The notes under the pieces were generated by a model that saw nothing but the letters and a program-made list of their open reading frames with translations, was not told the DNA's origin and ran no database searches. The position numbers and the translations under genes were made by a program. 64,000 nucleotides of DNA from Octopus bimaculoides. Taxonomy: Eukaryota. The number at the start of each line of letters is the position of its first letter. Within the stretch, counting starts at the first letter, position 1. This document shows, piece by piece, positions 23,746 to 36,100 of the stretch. The stretch spans positions 16,682,272-16,746,271 of the forward strand of contig NC_068993.1 of assembly GCF_001194135.2 (NCBI RefSeq), read 5' to 3'.

Positions 23746-24798
23746 AGAACATAAATTCTTGATTTATTAAAATCCTCTTTGCCTCTAGATGGTGAGTCAC
23801 AATTACAAAATGCCAATTGAGAACAGCTCTGAATAAGAAAGGGAGGTAATCTCACAAGTCAGAAATGCTCAAAAGTCAACATGCCATTAAGAAAGAGACC
23901 AGGCTTATTATCTGGAGATAGTATATTATATATATAAATAGATAGATATATGAGGCTCACAAAATCAATTATACACTTATTTTGAGCTTATATGCAATGT
24001 TTTCTTTTTCTGAAAGTATTCATTTTAAACTCTCTTTTTATATATATATATATATATATACACACACATGCATAATTACATGACAGTTATTCATATGGTT
24101 TTGAAATGCTTCAATTATGGATTAATGAAGGAACAATATCTAAATTATTGCTTCCTAAATATTTTAGTGCAAAAATAATATTTGGCAAGTTTTCAAATCA
24201 AACCATCAACCAAATAAGTCATTCATTCCTTTTCCTAACTATCCAGTGAATTCAACCAGTCAACTATTCTCTTGGGGACTGTAACTACATATGTGTGCCT
24301 GTCCGTACGTGTATGTGTGCACATGCATGTAAATGAAGCTACATACTCATTGCATTATAGTAAAAGTGTCGAGTGTTCTATATACACTTGTACATTTAAG
24401 ATAGTTCTTAGACAGACGCTGTGGACTTTCGAATTACAGGTACAGCTCATCTGACTAACTTCTACAGTTTTCTTCTACAAATTTCACTCATAATATTTGA
24501 GTCAACTTGGCTCAGTGATAGACGTCATTTTCCCATATATGTATTTGTGTACACACATGCATTTGCACACACATTCATACATACATACATACATATATAT
24601 ATCTTCGAAACGTCTAGTTAAAATAGAAGCAGCTGACGAAGGATTAATTCCAAGTGGCTATCTGTTTTCCTATGTGTTCGTTCCGTGGTCTGTAGTTCAT
24701 TGTTCTAACGTCCTGTACCCTGATATGCATCTATATACACATGTAGATGTAAGTATGTACATATATGTAGGTATACATGCATATATATTCTTTGTATG

Positions 24799-24837
<39 letters not shown>

Positions 24838-24859
24838 TTATATACATATATATATATAT

Positions 24860-25219
24860 NNNNNNNNNNNNNNNNNNNNNNNNNNNNNNNNNNNNNNNNN
24901 NNNNNNNNNNNNNNNNNNNNNNNNNNNNNNNNNNNNNNNNNNNNNNNNNNNNNNNNNNNNNNNNNNNNNNNNNNNNNNNNNNNNNNNNNNNNNNNNNNNN
25001 NNNNNNNNNNNNNNNNNNNNNNNNNNNNNNNNNNNNNNNNNNNNNNNNNNNNNNNNNNNNNNNNNNNNNNNNNNNNNNNNNNNNNNNNNNNNNNNNNNNN
25101 NNNNNNNNNNNNNNNNNNNNNNNNNNNNNNNNNNNNNNNNNNNNNNNNNNNNNNNNNNNNNNNNNNNNNNNNNNNNNNNNNNNNNNNNNNNNNNNNNNNN
25201 NNNNNNNNNNNNNNNNNNN
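24860..25219. other. Assembly gap (N run) inside a TA-rich satellite
   Basis: 360 N, flanked by (TA)n and repeats of an approximately 27-bp TATGCATATATATTATATAC-type unit. Confidence 1.
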
Positions 25220-26029
25220 ATATATATATATATGCATATATATATTATATACATATATATATATATATATGCATATATATATTATATACATATATATATA
25301 TATGCATATATATATTATATACATATATATATATATGCATATATATATATTATATATATATATATATATATTATATACATATATATATATATGCATATAT
25401 ATATATGCATATATATATATATATATTATACACACACGCACATACGTGTGTGTGTGTGTGTATCTGTCCAGCATCTCTTCCTAATTCTACTGGGGCTGTC
25501 TGATGGCTTTATTATTGAAGTAGCACCAACACCACCATGACCATTAGTCTCGGCATCACTGCCACAATGATCACCAGTGCCAACACCACCATGGTCACCA
25601 ATGCTTGTACTAATACTGGCATCCTACTGAGAGTGAGTTGACTGAAATGCCAAGAGAATGTTGAGATAGCTACACTTACACTATAGGAATTATTGCCAAA
25701 ACTATTTATCTTATTTTACTATTAATTTGTATTCCCTAGATAACATATTGAAGATAAATCTATAATGACCAAGTTGCTCATACACACACGTGTATGTATA
25801 CATGCACACATACACAGATGTATGTATAATTCTATGAACAAGCTGTCCATGCACACACACACTCATTCACGAACGTGTATATAAATCTACAATAGCCATT
25901 TTGTCCAGGCATATATGCACATATATACAGATGTAGACTCACACACAGGCTCATTGACACACGCACAATCTCTCTGTGTCTCTTTCTCTCTCAGAAATCA
26001 TTGTCAGTGTTTGGCTCTGTTTAATCATG

Positions 26030-27040
26030 CCTGTATGTGTTGGATGCGGTCATCTTTAGCACAGCATCTCACCACTTGTTACTGTCCTTTGACATCTCTT
26101 TCAAGAGGTCCACTTACTTGGGATCAGCTTCCACAATTTCGTCCCATATTTTCCTTGGTCTTCCCCTTCCCCATGTTCTTCCCACTTGGATCACTTGGCA
26201 CTTCTTTATCCAACTGTCATCTTCTCTATGCTTCATATGTCTGTGCCAGCTCTGTCTTCTCTATTGCATACTCCATCTGATATATTTATATACCCAGTTT
26301 TTCTTTCAGCTCATGTGTGCTCTGCCAGTCATGCACACTAACATTACACATCCAGTAGAGTATGCTCACTTTACTTCTTTCCAGTCTTTGTGCATGCTTC
26401 ACATTAAATACTCATGTTTCTCTATCATGAAACATTGCACTTCCTACACAAGCATCATACAATCTACCCACTACTCAGAGAAATAATCAGAGAAGCAATC
26501 TGTTTGTTACTAACAGAATAATTGTTGCCTGAATGTTTTGCATTCTGTTCTTACTCAAGCTGCTTGGCTTTAGGAACACTTGCCTTCACTACTAGTTAGG
26601 TCACTTGGGTCACAGAAGTTGTCAACTACTTCTAGAGAATTCTCTGAGCATTTGAAGAATATCATGTTATGGATGATCATAATACTAACAACTCATGTGT
26701 ATCTACTAAATTCAGTCCTTCTTCTCAGCCATTGTAATCCCACTGTACCACTTGCACACACATAGTTTACAATGGGTACACAATATGGATTTCTTTTATT
26801 CCATTTTTCTACATATCAAGTATAGCCACTTCCCAGATGGTACAAGAGTCTTGTCTACTTTGATGCTAACTAAAACTTTTCTCTTTACTAGAATTACTTT
26901 AAGAATATAAGTGTTAGTTCTAGGTGTTGCTTCCACACTTGGGATTTCCTCTTCAATTCTTTGACCAATTCACTTATGGAAACTGGGTCATCAGTATACA
27001 ACTTTAATATTTATAATGTTTCTGTATCACTCTGTTTCTA
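26030..27040 (-). pseudogene. RTE LINE fragment of about 1 kb, from the RT catalytic motif to the ORF end
   Basis: LYTDD at 26987-26998, then SGKWLYLICRK...SILCTHCKL, SLEVVDNFC, GRLYDACVGSAM, WMCNVSVHD and WGRGRPRKIWDEIV, with many stops. Confidence 0.9.
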
Positions 27041-27153
27041 ACCACATTGTATGTCAATGATTCTATGCATAAAAGTTTGTAATATATTGTTGAATATATC
27101 AGAGCTTCATAGGTCAAGAACTAAGCCATATCATTTTGCATCTCTCTCTCTCT

Positions 27154-27216
<63 letters not shown>

Positions 27217-28194
27217 GGAGTTATAGTGGCATGCATGCTTGTATAAACTAACAAAACTGCACACACATATACACAAAAGTAAACATGCATAAATACAAAT
27301 ACTCATATCTTTTATACTTCTCAAACTGTTTATATGCATGTCCTGCACACTGTTCTGCTATTTTACATATCTGAGTTGGTGTGTGTAAACACCAGAATAA
27401 AAACTTCCATGTTGATAAGAAGTAAAGCAAAGAGGGTGCTTATAGTGAAAGTAATGATTCAAAATACATTTATTAAGATGGAAATTCAGATTTCATTACT
27501 CTAAATTTCACATCTCTGAATTCCAGACAAAACCTAACTCTGCAAGTCACTTTAACAGCTTCCAATTATGAAATCAGTAACTTTGAATAAGAACCAATGT
27601 CAGGTACTGTATAGTAGTCCTAGTGCAGATGGTATGTTTAAATCCATCTAGTAAACGTTATAAAGGGGTTGGTGAGGAGAAAGGCATCCTGCTATAGAAA
27701 CTATATAGACAAAAAACCTAATGTTCAAGGGTGTGATATTCTGAAATGTTCTCTGGGATTTTATAGATAGGGAATTATCTTCATTGCAGGACATTGATAA
27801 CAGTGAATGACAGGAACTGAGGAAGGATATAAATAGTGGTCTCTGGGAATGCTTGAGAGAAGGTTTCTTGCCATGAGATTCCCCATGGTGCATTGGAATT
27901 CAGACATTGATATGTATTGTTCATTGTGGTATCCCTTAATCTACAGAACATAATTTCAGGATGACAGTTGAACAGGTCATTACTGTTCGGCATGAATCTG
28001 ATCTTGCCAATTAAGACGACATTTCACAGTGATACATAGGCTTTGCAAACTACTTTGCAAGTTACCTGTGTATGACTTCTTGCAATAACTGCAAATAACT
28101 GATTCAGAGTAGAGTGCATTCTTTAGCCCTCCTTGCATGAGTCAGCTTTATAAATTTGGTGATTAAATGATAATATGTACCTAAAAAAGGGTAA

Positions 28195-28522
28195 AGGGTA
28201 AAGAACTCCTTCAGTCATGAATGACCATGGGATTGCACCTAGAAAGTTACCCTCCAAGGCACAAGTCTGGGCAAAGTTGTTTATGGAAGACCAGCAGTCG
28301 CCAATGCATATTAGCCTCCCCTCTCCATGCCAGCGATGTTATCCAATGGAAAGGCAAAGGCTTGGCACCAGTGACATCACAACTCATTTCCATAGCTGAG
28401 TGAACTGGAGCAACATGAAATAAAGTGTCTTGCTCAAGCACACAACACACAGCCTGGTCCAGGAATTGAACTAACTACCTCATAATTGTCAGCCCAATGC
28501 TCTTACCACTGAGCCATGTGCC
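28195..28522 (-). mobile_element. tRNA-headed SINE, family C, full length
   Basis: Minus-strand head GGCACATGGCTCAGTGGTAAGAGC...AGTTCAATTCCTGG, core 'gttgtgtgcttgagcaagacactttatttc' and 3' 'ctaggtgcaatcccatggtcattcatgac'. Confidence 0.85.
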
Positions 28523-29110
28523 TAAGATATACACAACAACAAAGTCAACCAATTTTCTTTGGTGTGTACAAGACAACACAGGCCATGATACCACATGCAG
28601 CCCATGTCACCATGGAAAAACAACTGTATGATGATGATGGCAACAACGACAGTGATGCACTCTTTGATATGATACATATCTAACACATGTACACAAAACA
28701 CACACAGGCATTACTTCAGCATACATAAAACTAAATATTTCTTCTTGTTAACTAATGTTAAATAGTTTTCATCGAGTCTTGTTCAGTTTATATTTGCTGA
28801 AAGCAAGTTGTTACCAATTTTCTTTTCAGAGTTGCTGATGTCAGCTTATTTCTGTGTTGTCTTCAGAATTTGGCTTTTATTTTAATTATAATACCTCCTG
28901 GGACTAAAAGATCATCTTCTGGAAACTTTAAATAGCTAAAGCCATGTGTGTGTTAGTATGTATGTGTATGTCTAAATCATATATATATATATATAAGATA
29001 TATATTTGTAAGATATATATGTATATATATATTTTTATATATTATATATATATTTTTATATATCATATATATCTTATATATCATATATATATTTTATATA
29101 TATACATATA

Positions 29111-29143
<33 letters not shown>

Positions 29144-29492
29144 NNNNNNNNNNNNNNNNNNNNNNNNNNNNNNNNNNNNNNNNNNNNNNNNNNNNNNNNN
29201 NNNNNNNNNNNNNNNNNNNNNNNNNNNNNNNNNNNNNNNNNNNNNNNNNNNNNNNNNNNNNNNNNNNNNNNNNNNNNNNNNNNNNNNNNNNNNNNNNNNN
29301 NNNNNNNNNNNNNNNNNNNNNNNNNNNNNNNNNNNNNNNNNNNNNNNNNNNNNNNNNNNNNNNNNNNNNNNNNNNNNNNNNNNNNNNNNNNNNNNNNNNN
29401 NNNNNNNNNNNNNNNNNNNNNNNNNNNNNNNNNNNNNNNNNNNNNNNNNNNNNNNNNNNNNNNNNNNNNNNNNNNNNNNNNNNNNNNNNNNN
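29144..29492. other. Assembly gap (N run) after a TA-rich tract
   Basis: 349 N. Confidence 1.
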
Positions 29493-30611
29493 TCTCAATC
29501 TCTCACACAGTCTCTCCGTATAGGCTTCTTAACAAACAAATTAATTACCAATAAAATATAGCCAAACAGTGATCTCATTTCATCCATACAATATTAAGTT
29601 TTCAACACACGTGCACACACACACACATATGTGAATGAAAAATAATCTTCATTTCGGAAATTCTTTTTAAACTTATTACACCATATAATGTTGCCTTTGG
29701 GTTGTCTTCCTTAAACTTTGGCTGAAATATCTCCTGACTAAAACTCATTTACTTGCAGGAGTTTCTGATACTCCCACTACCACCACCATCACCATCTGTT
29801 TAAATTTATTATTTTTAATTAATTTTTTATGTAATTTTTTTTTATTATTATTTTTCATTCATTTATCTTAATTATTTTATTATTGAATACTACTGAAGTT
29901 GTTGTTTCTAATGATTTCTTTCAAAATAGTGTTAATTTCATTTAACATAAGGAATGAATATGTTATCAACCTAAAGCAGTAGGAATGAAAATAAATATTA
30001 TCTTTGTTGTTGTTGCTGCTGTTGCTGCAAATGATGTGGTGGTGGTGGTTTGACTGCTTTTTATTTATTCATTTTTTGTGTTCTTTTCATGCCAGCATGG
30101 AACATTGATATTGAATAACGATGATGAGTAAGGCAGTACTGATAACTCTTTGTGGCAGTAGTTCTCAAACTGAGGCATGTGTACCTTTAAGCATATGCAT
30201 GAGGAATCGCAGAGGATTACATGAAGTTTGTAAAATCACTAGAACTTTTAACTAAATACAACTACCAAACCGCAACTTGTGTGTCTAGAAAATATGTGGT
30301 GTACCTTTTGCTGTATTTATCTATTTATTGTTGTAAGCAAGGGATTTTCAGTAATGCTTATAATCAAAAGCAAGTTTAGTGCAGCCCTGTCAACTGAGTT
30401 TGATATGGAGGTATTCCTCTTTGAAACTGTAACTTTAAATTACAATAGAATTGATTTTTGTTTTATATAGGCACAAGGCCAGAAATTTGGTGGGCATGAA
30501 CAAGATTATACTGACTCTAATTTTTAAGTGGTTATTTTCTCCAGAAAGATCAAAGACTAAGTTGACCACAGGATTTGAACTGTTTAAATTAAATTAATAA
30601 CAAATGAATGC

Positions 30612-30870
30612 ATGCCTCCAAGGTACAAGTCCGGACAAGGTTATTTATGGAAGACCAGCAGTCCCCCATGCATACTAGCCTTCCCTCTTCACGCCTCCGA
30701 TGTTATCCAAAGGAGAGGCAAAGGCCGATATAGCTTGGCACCAGTGACATTGCAACTACAGTTGAATGAACTGGAACAATGTGAAATAAAGTGTCTTGCT
30801 CAAGAACAGAACACGTAGCCTGTCCAGAAGTTGAAATCACTACCTCATGCTTGTCAGCCCAACACTCTAC
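30612..30870 (-). mobile_element. SINE family C, partial
   Basis: Closely similar to 28250-28510. Confidence 0.85.
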
Positions 30871-31606
30871 CAACAGATGAAGGGGTTAGCCAGTAGAAAA
30901 AGTATGAGAGCCCTGTTTTTAGGGTCTCCAAGACTACTTGCAGGAGGAAAGGAGGAAGATACGCTCAAACATGAGACTTGGCCTGAATGCTTGTAACAGA
31001 GAGGATTCCACTAAAAGTATCTTAAGTGCCTGGTGGTAGTGTTAAATTTGGCAATGGATTAAGACCTGGAATATTGCAAGGCTTCTTGTCTGACATTCTT
31101 AGAGTTTTACTAGTCCATGCTGTGGATTGGTACACTATTTTTATTGACTCTGGAAAGATGTAAGGAAAAATTTAACTTTATAAGATTTGAATTCAAAGCA
31201 CAGAGTCAGACAAATACTGCAAAGGTATTCTATCCTATACTATAAAAACCGCTTGTTAGCCACCAAGGTTAGACCTAGTCAAAGAAACCTATGGTTAAAA
31301 ACGTCCCAACTGTGACCATCTTGTCTTTCTGTAAACCAGAGAGTACATTGCCTAAAGTATCTTCTATATTGTGTTCACATTCTCATGAAACATTACATCC
31401 TTTTGGTCTGTGTTTTTGTAATTAAGTGGAATAAAGAAGAATTCCTTTCTTAAAACACAGGCAAGGGTGTGCAGCAGGAAGAGTATCCAGCCATACTAAC
31501 ATATTTGATGTGGTAAGCTAAGTCTGTTAGCACCCACTTTACAGTTAGTTTTTCATGTTGCTGGCACCCTTAGGTTTTCTGTCCAATGATTCTTATATAC
31601 ATGATT

Positions 31607-31644
<38 letters not shown>

Positions 31645-31648
<4 letters not shown>

Positions 31649-32010
31649 TCGTCATCATTTAACGTCTGCTTTCCATGCTGGCATGGGTTAGACAGTTTAA
31701 CTGGAACTCATAAGCCAGAAGGTTGCACCAAGTTCAAGTCTGATTTGGCATGGTTTCTATGACTGGATGCTCCGCCTAACACACACCACTCCGAGAGTGT
31801 AATTGGTGTTTTTTACATGCCACTGGCATGGGTGCCATTTACATGACACTGCTAATGGCCATGCCTATGACTTTATAGGTGTCATTTACACAACACTGGC
31901 AATGGCCACAGCTATGGTTTCACTTGGCTTGAGTCTTCTCAAGCACAGCATATCACCGAGGTCTTGGTCACTTGTCATTGCCTCCATGAGGCCCAACATT
32001 TGAAGACTGC
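31645..32010 (-). mobile_element. 5'-truncated RTE LINE: ORF end plus 3' UTR and CAT-type tail
   Basis: Minus frame LQMLGLMEAMTSDQDL precedes the UTR block 'gttaggcggagcatccagtc' and the tail 'gaaagcagacgttaaatgatgacg'. Confidence 0.8.
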
Positions 32011-33039
32011 ATATATATATGTGGAAGTAGTATACTGAATGTTTAATAAACATATATTGAATCTTGCTGTGAAAATAGACAACATGAATAAATCACATTA
32101 GCTTCAGCAACCAGAAGTCATGATTGAATACAAACTAGTTTCACATTTCATTAATGACTCATCAGGGATCACTTACCACACCTACCTGTTGAAGTTAAGA
32201 AGCTCACAGCTTCTTAGAGAAATCGTATACAAATTACAACAAGCATAACAGGTTATCTGCAAGATCAATTTTCACAGCGAGATTAAATATATATTTATTA
32301 GATGACATTCTGTACATGATTTGTATGTACATAATTATTCATAACCACACTGTATTGGTAGTGTCATTATTAATATATTCAAGATGTCCTGAAAGACTGC
32401 TTCCGTAGAAAGAGAACTTTAAATGTTTTAAATTTTCAGCAAATGCTCAAATTATTTGAGGGTCTTTGATATCTAAGAATTTTTGACTCTGTTGAATATG
32501 TGAACTTTGAACCTTCTTGAGTGTGTAAGACACAGGTGAAGGAAGGAAACTCAACATTCAACAAATTTGCCACAAAATCTGTTTAACCCATTACCTTCCA
32601 TAATTCTATTAACTGGAATTTTTTTTATGAAACTTTGATTTCTAGCATAAAATAGCCTTAGAAAGACACTGGAATGATCAAAATAACATTTTAAATAGGA
32701 ATAAGCGAGATATTGGGTGAAAAATTAGCAAACCTCATTTGAATATCAGAGAAATATACCTAGTAGATATAGCAAAAAGGTTTGATATGTGTAAATATTG
32801 ACAGATAATTACGAAATTTGTAATTTTTAAGTGATCTCATGTGAGATCACTGGTAGGTAATGGGTTAAAGGTTTTCTAAAGAATATTGATATTTTAGCTA
32901 CTTTTTTTTTCTTTTTGTGAGTTAGTAAATTATTTACAAATTTGAATGTGTGTTTAAGTGAATTATTATTCCAAATAAGAGTTGATATTGTGAAACAAGA
33001 AGAAAATTGGAATTTTTTTTATCTATTTGATTTATAGCT

Positions 33040-33400
33040 AGTTTGAGCCTTGTGAAGATAACAGAGGAGCAAGATATATGGCACATTGCTGTACTCAAGA
33101 AGACTTGCCCACTGCAACAGATTTGATATCCTAAAACCTAGGTACCACGTAAAAAAGCATTTGTGTGAGTGCTGGTGTCATGTAAAAACACTGGTGTTGG
33201 CACCACATTAAGAGCACTCAGTACACTCTGTAAAGTAGTTGGCATTAGGAAGGGCATCCAGCTGTAGAAACCAAGCCAAAGCAGACTATGAAACTTGTGT
33301 AGCCCTGGCCTTGCCAGTTCCTGTCAAGCCATCCAGCCCATGCCAGATGGGAAAATAGATGTTAAATATTCATGATGGTGATGATGATGGTGATGATGAT
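33040..33400 (+). mobile_element. 5'-truncated RTE LINE 3' end
   Basis: Reads ITEEQDIWHIAVLKKT, followed by the UTR and a (GAT)n tail. Confidence 0.75.
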
Positions 33401-34264
33401 GATTGTTTAGAAGGCTCTTTGTTTCAACAGTGCTTAGGTTTCCTGTGTGTCCATCCCTCTATTATTTATTGTCAGTCATCCAACTTAAATTTGAGTGTGA
33501 AAGAATGTGAATTGAGCTTTTTTCTTTTGGACATGGATAGGGATAAGGGGTCAAATATATATTTAAAAAAAAACATATTTTTTGAAATTTTGTTGAATAT
33601 TTCCGTCCTCCACCAAACACGTGTACTGATATTCAAAGGTAGATATGACTGCTTACTTTAATTATATATCATTACTGATTTCAGGTGGATTCTACAGGAA
33701 AGAAAACTGAGTTGTTTCATGCCTGGAGACCTAGGTAGGTAGTCATTTAAATGAACCTCATTTCCTGATCTATCTTCCTGGAAAAGTTTCATCTAAATAA
33801 TTACTCAAATTAGTTGCAAAATGTGGTGGAGCACAATCATGTTGAAACCTTATTTTTACATCTTCCTAGCAAAGGAACGTCATCTAATTTATAACATAAA
33901 AAGTATTCTGACATATGAATAGATGTTACTAGTAGTATTGTAAAAACAAATATGAACCCATAAATCGTTCATCAAATGTCCTTGCAGAAACTTGGATTAG
34001 AGGAATATATATAACAGATTTTCTTCCTACGGATGCACACTTCTGAACATACGCATACACACAAAAATAAGCATGAGTGTTGTACAAAGGTTTATCATCG
34101 AGGCACTATTTTATAGCTGAGTGTGTGTGTGTGTGTGCGGGCACAGGTACGGATGTGTGGTTATGAAGTTCGCTTCCCAATCACATGGTTTCAGGTTCAT
34201 TCCCACTGCATAGTACCTTGAGCAAGTGTCTTTTGTTATTGTCTTGGGTCAACCAAATCCATGT

Positions 34265-34600
34265 GAGTGGATCTGGTAAATCATCATCATTATTTAATCT
34301 CCGCTTTCCATGCTGACATGGGTTAGATGGTTTGACCAGGACTGGTAAGCTGGAGGGCTGTACCAGGTTCCAGTCTGATTTGGCATGGTTTCTACAGTTG
34401 GATGCCCTTTCTAACTCCAAACATTCCAAGAATGCAATGGGTGCTTTTTACATGTCACTTGCACAGGTGCCATGTACACGACACTGGCAACTGCCACGCA
34501 TATGGTTTCACTTGGCTTGATGAGTTTTCTCAAGCACAGCATATCACCAAAGGTCTCAGTCACTTTTCATCACCTCTGTGAGGCTCAACATTCAAAGGAA
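34265..34600 (-). mobile_element. 5'-truncated RTE LINE 3' end, interrupting a SINE A copy
   Basis: Same sequence as 31645-32010. SINE A head lies at 34138-34270 and SINE body resumes near 34600. Confidence 0.75.
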
Positions 34601-35199
34601 ATTGAAAGAAGCCTGTCCTCTGTGTGTGTGTGGTCCTTGTCTTGACATTGTGGGACAGTTGTAAACAAGTGTCACCATACATGTGATGTCATTTGTTTCC
34701 AATCTTCTGTGGAAAACATGTTTTGCTGAGGGTAATATTAGCTTGCTTGGAAACAGATGAGTGGTTGGTGACAGGAAGGGCATATGACCATAGAAAATTG
34801 ACTTCAATGAAGTGGACTTTGAAACAATGATGATGATGTGGATATAATCACATGTGTGTTTGTGTGTATGTAGATCCATACACTCGTGATTAGAGTGTTT
34901 TGCACATGTTTGTTGTAGGTTCAATTACTGAACTAGTTAGTGTATTGTATCCTTGTGCAAGGCACTTCACATTGCTCCACTCTACTCAGTTGTGATGAGT
35001 ACCAATCAGGAACTGCTGAAGTTCTCTCTTCCTTCAGCTCTTACATCCTGGATGCTCATGTGTGAGTGGGCAGAAATGGTTTCTGTGTCTGCTCATGGTT
35101 ACATTGGCACCTAAAATAATTAGCAAAAACATGATACATGCCACCATGCTATACTGTCACAGAAGTGATGGATATACTGTAAATACATACATATGAGTA

Positions 35200-35385
35200 T
35201 ATATGTAAAAAAAAACACCCAGTATACTCTGTAAAGTGGTTGGCATTAGGAATCGCATCCAACCATTGAAACCAAGTGAAAGCCGATAGTAAAGTTTGGT
35301 AGTCTTCTGGGACACCAGCTTTTGCAAGACCATCCAGCCCATGCCAGCATAGAAAATAGATGTCAAATGATGATGATGATGATGA
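35200..35385 (+). mobile_element. RTE 3' UTR fragment
   Basis: 'gtggttggcattaggaatcgcatcc...gaaaatagatgtcaaatgatgatg'. Confidence 0.7.
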
Positions 35386-35400
35386 TAGATATATATTCAT

Positions 35401-35800
35401 TCTTTTATTGGTTTCAGTCATTAGACTGTGGCCATGCTGGAGCACCACCTTTTGTCGAACAAATCAACTCAAAGACTTATTCTTTGTAAGCCTAGTACTT
35501 ATTCTATCAGTCTATTTTGCTGAACTGCCAAGTTACGGGGAACGTAAACACAACAAAATCGGTTGTCAAGTGATGGTGGGGGAACAAACACAGACACATA
35601 AACATATACATATGTATATATATATATATATATATATATGACAGGCTTCTTTCAATATCCATCTATCAAATCTACACACAAGGCTTTGGTCAGCCCAAGG
35701 CTATAATAGAAGACACTTGTCCAAGGTGCCATGCAGTGGGACTGAACCCAGAACCATGTGGTTGGTAAGCAAGCTACTTACCCCACAGCCATGTTGCGCC
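35401..35800 (-). mobile_element. SINE family A, full length
   Basis: Reverse complement of 10468-10900 with a TA tract inside. Confidence 0.9.
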
Positions 35801-35821
35801 TATATCATCATCATCATAGGT

Positions 35822-36010
35822 ATATCATCATCATCCTCTAATGTCCCTTTTCCATGCTGGCATGGGTTTGTACTGTTTGACCAGAGCTAGCAAGCAGGGA
35901 AGCTGCACCAGGTTTCAGTCTGATTTCACTTGGTTTCTATGGTTGGATGCCCTTCCTAATACCAACCACTTTACAGAGTGTGCTGGGTGCTTTTTATGTA
36001 GCACCAGAAA
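35822..36010 (-). mobile_element. RTE 3' UTR fragment
   Basis: 'tttccatgctggcatgggtt...ggatgcccttcctaataccaaccac'. Confidence 0.75.
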
Positions 36011-36015
36011 TATAT

Positions 36016-36100
<85 letters not shown>

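Noticed and set aside
24731-25503. Long ORFs of 235-247 aa in the ORF track
   Set aside because: Read-through of (TA)n tracts and an N gap. The same applies to 28944-29561 and the many YIYI/CVCV/HTHT ORFs.
27780-27990. Possible ancient RT-like remnant on the minus strand (TMGN)
   Set aside because: Similarity to RT motifs is too weak to call.
32187-32257. Minus-strand exon-like segment reading ITCYACCNLYTISLRSCELLNFN with a good donor
   Set aside because: Short, with only a superficial CYxC resemblance to Ly6 domains and no partner exons.
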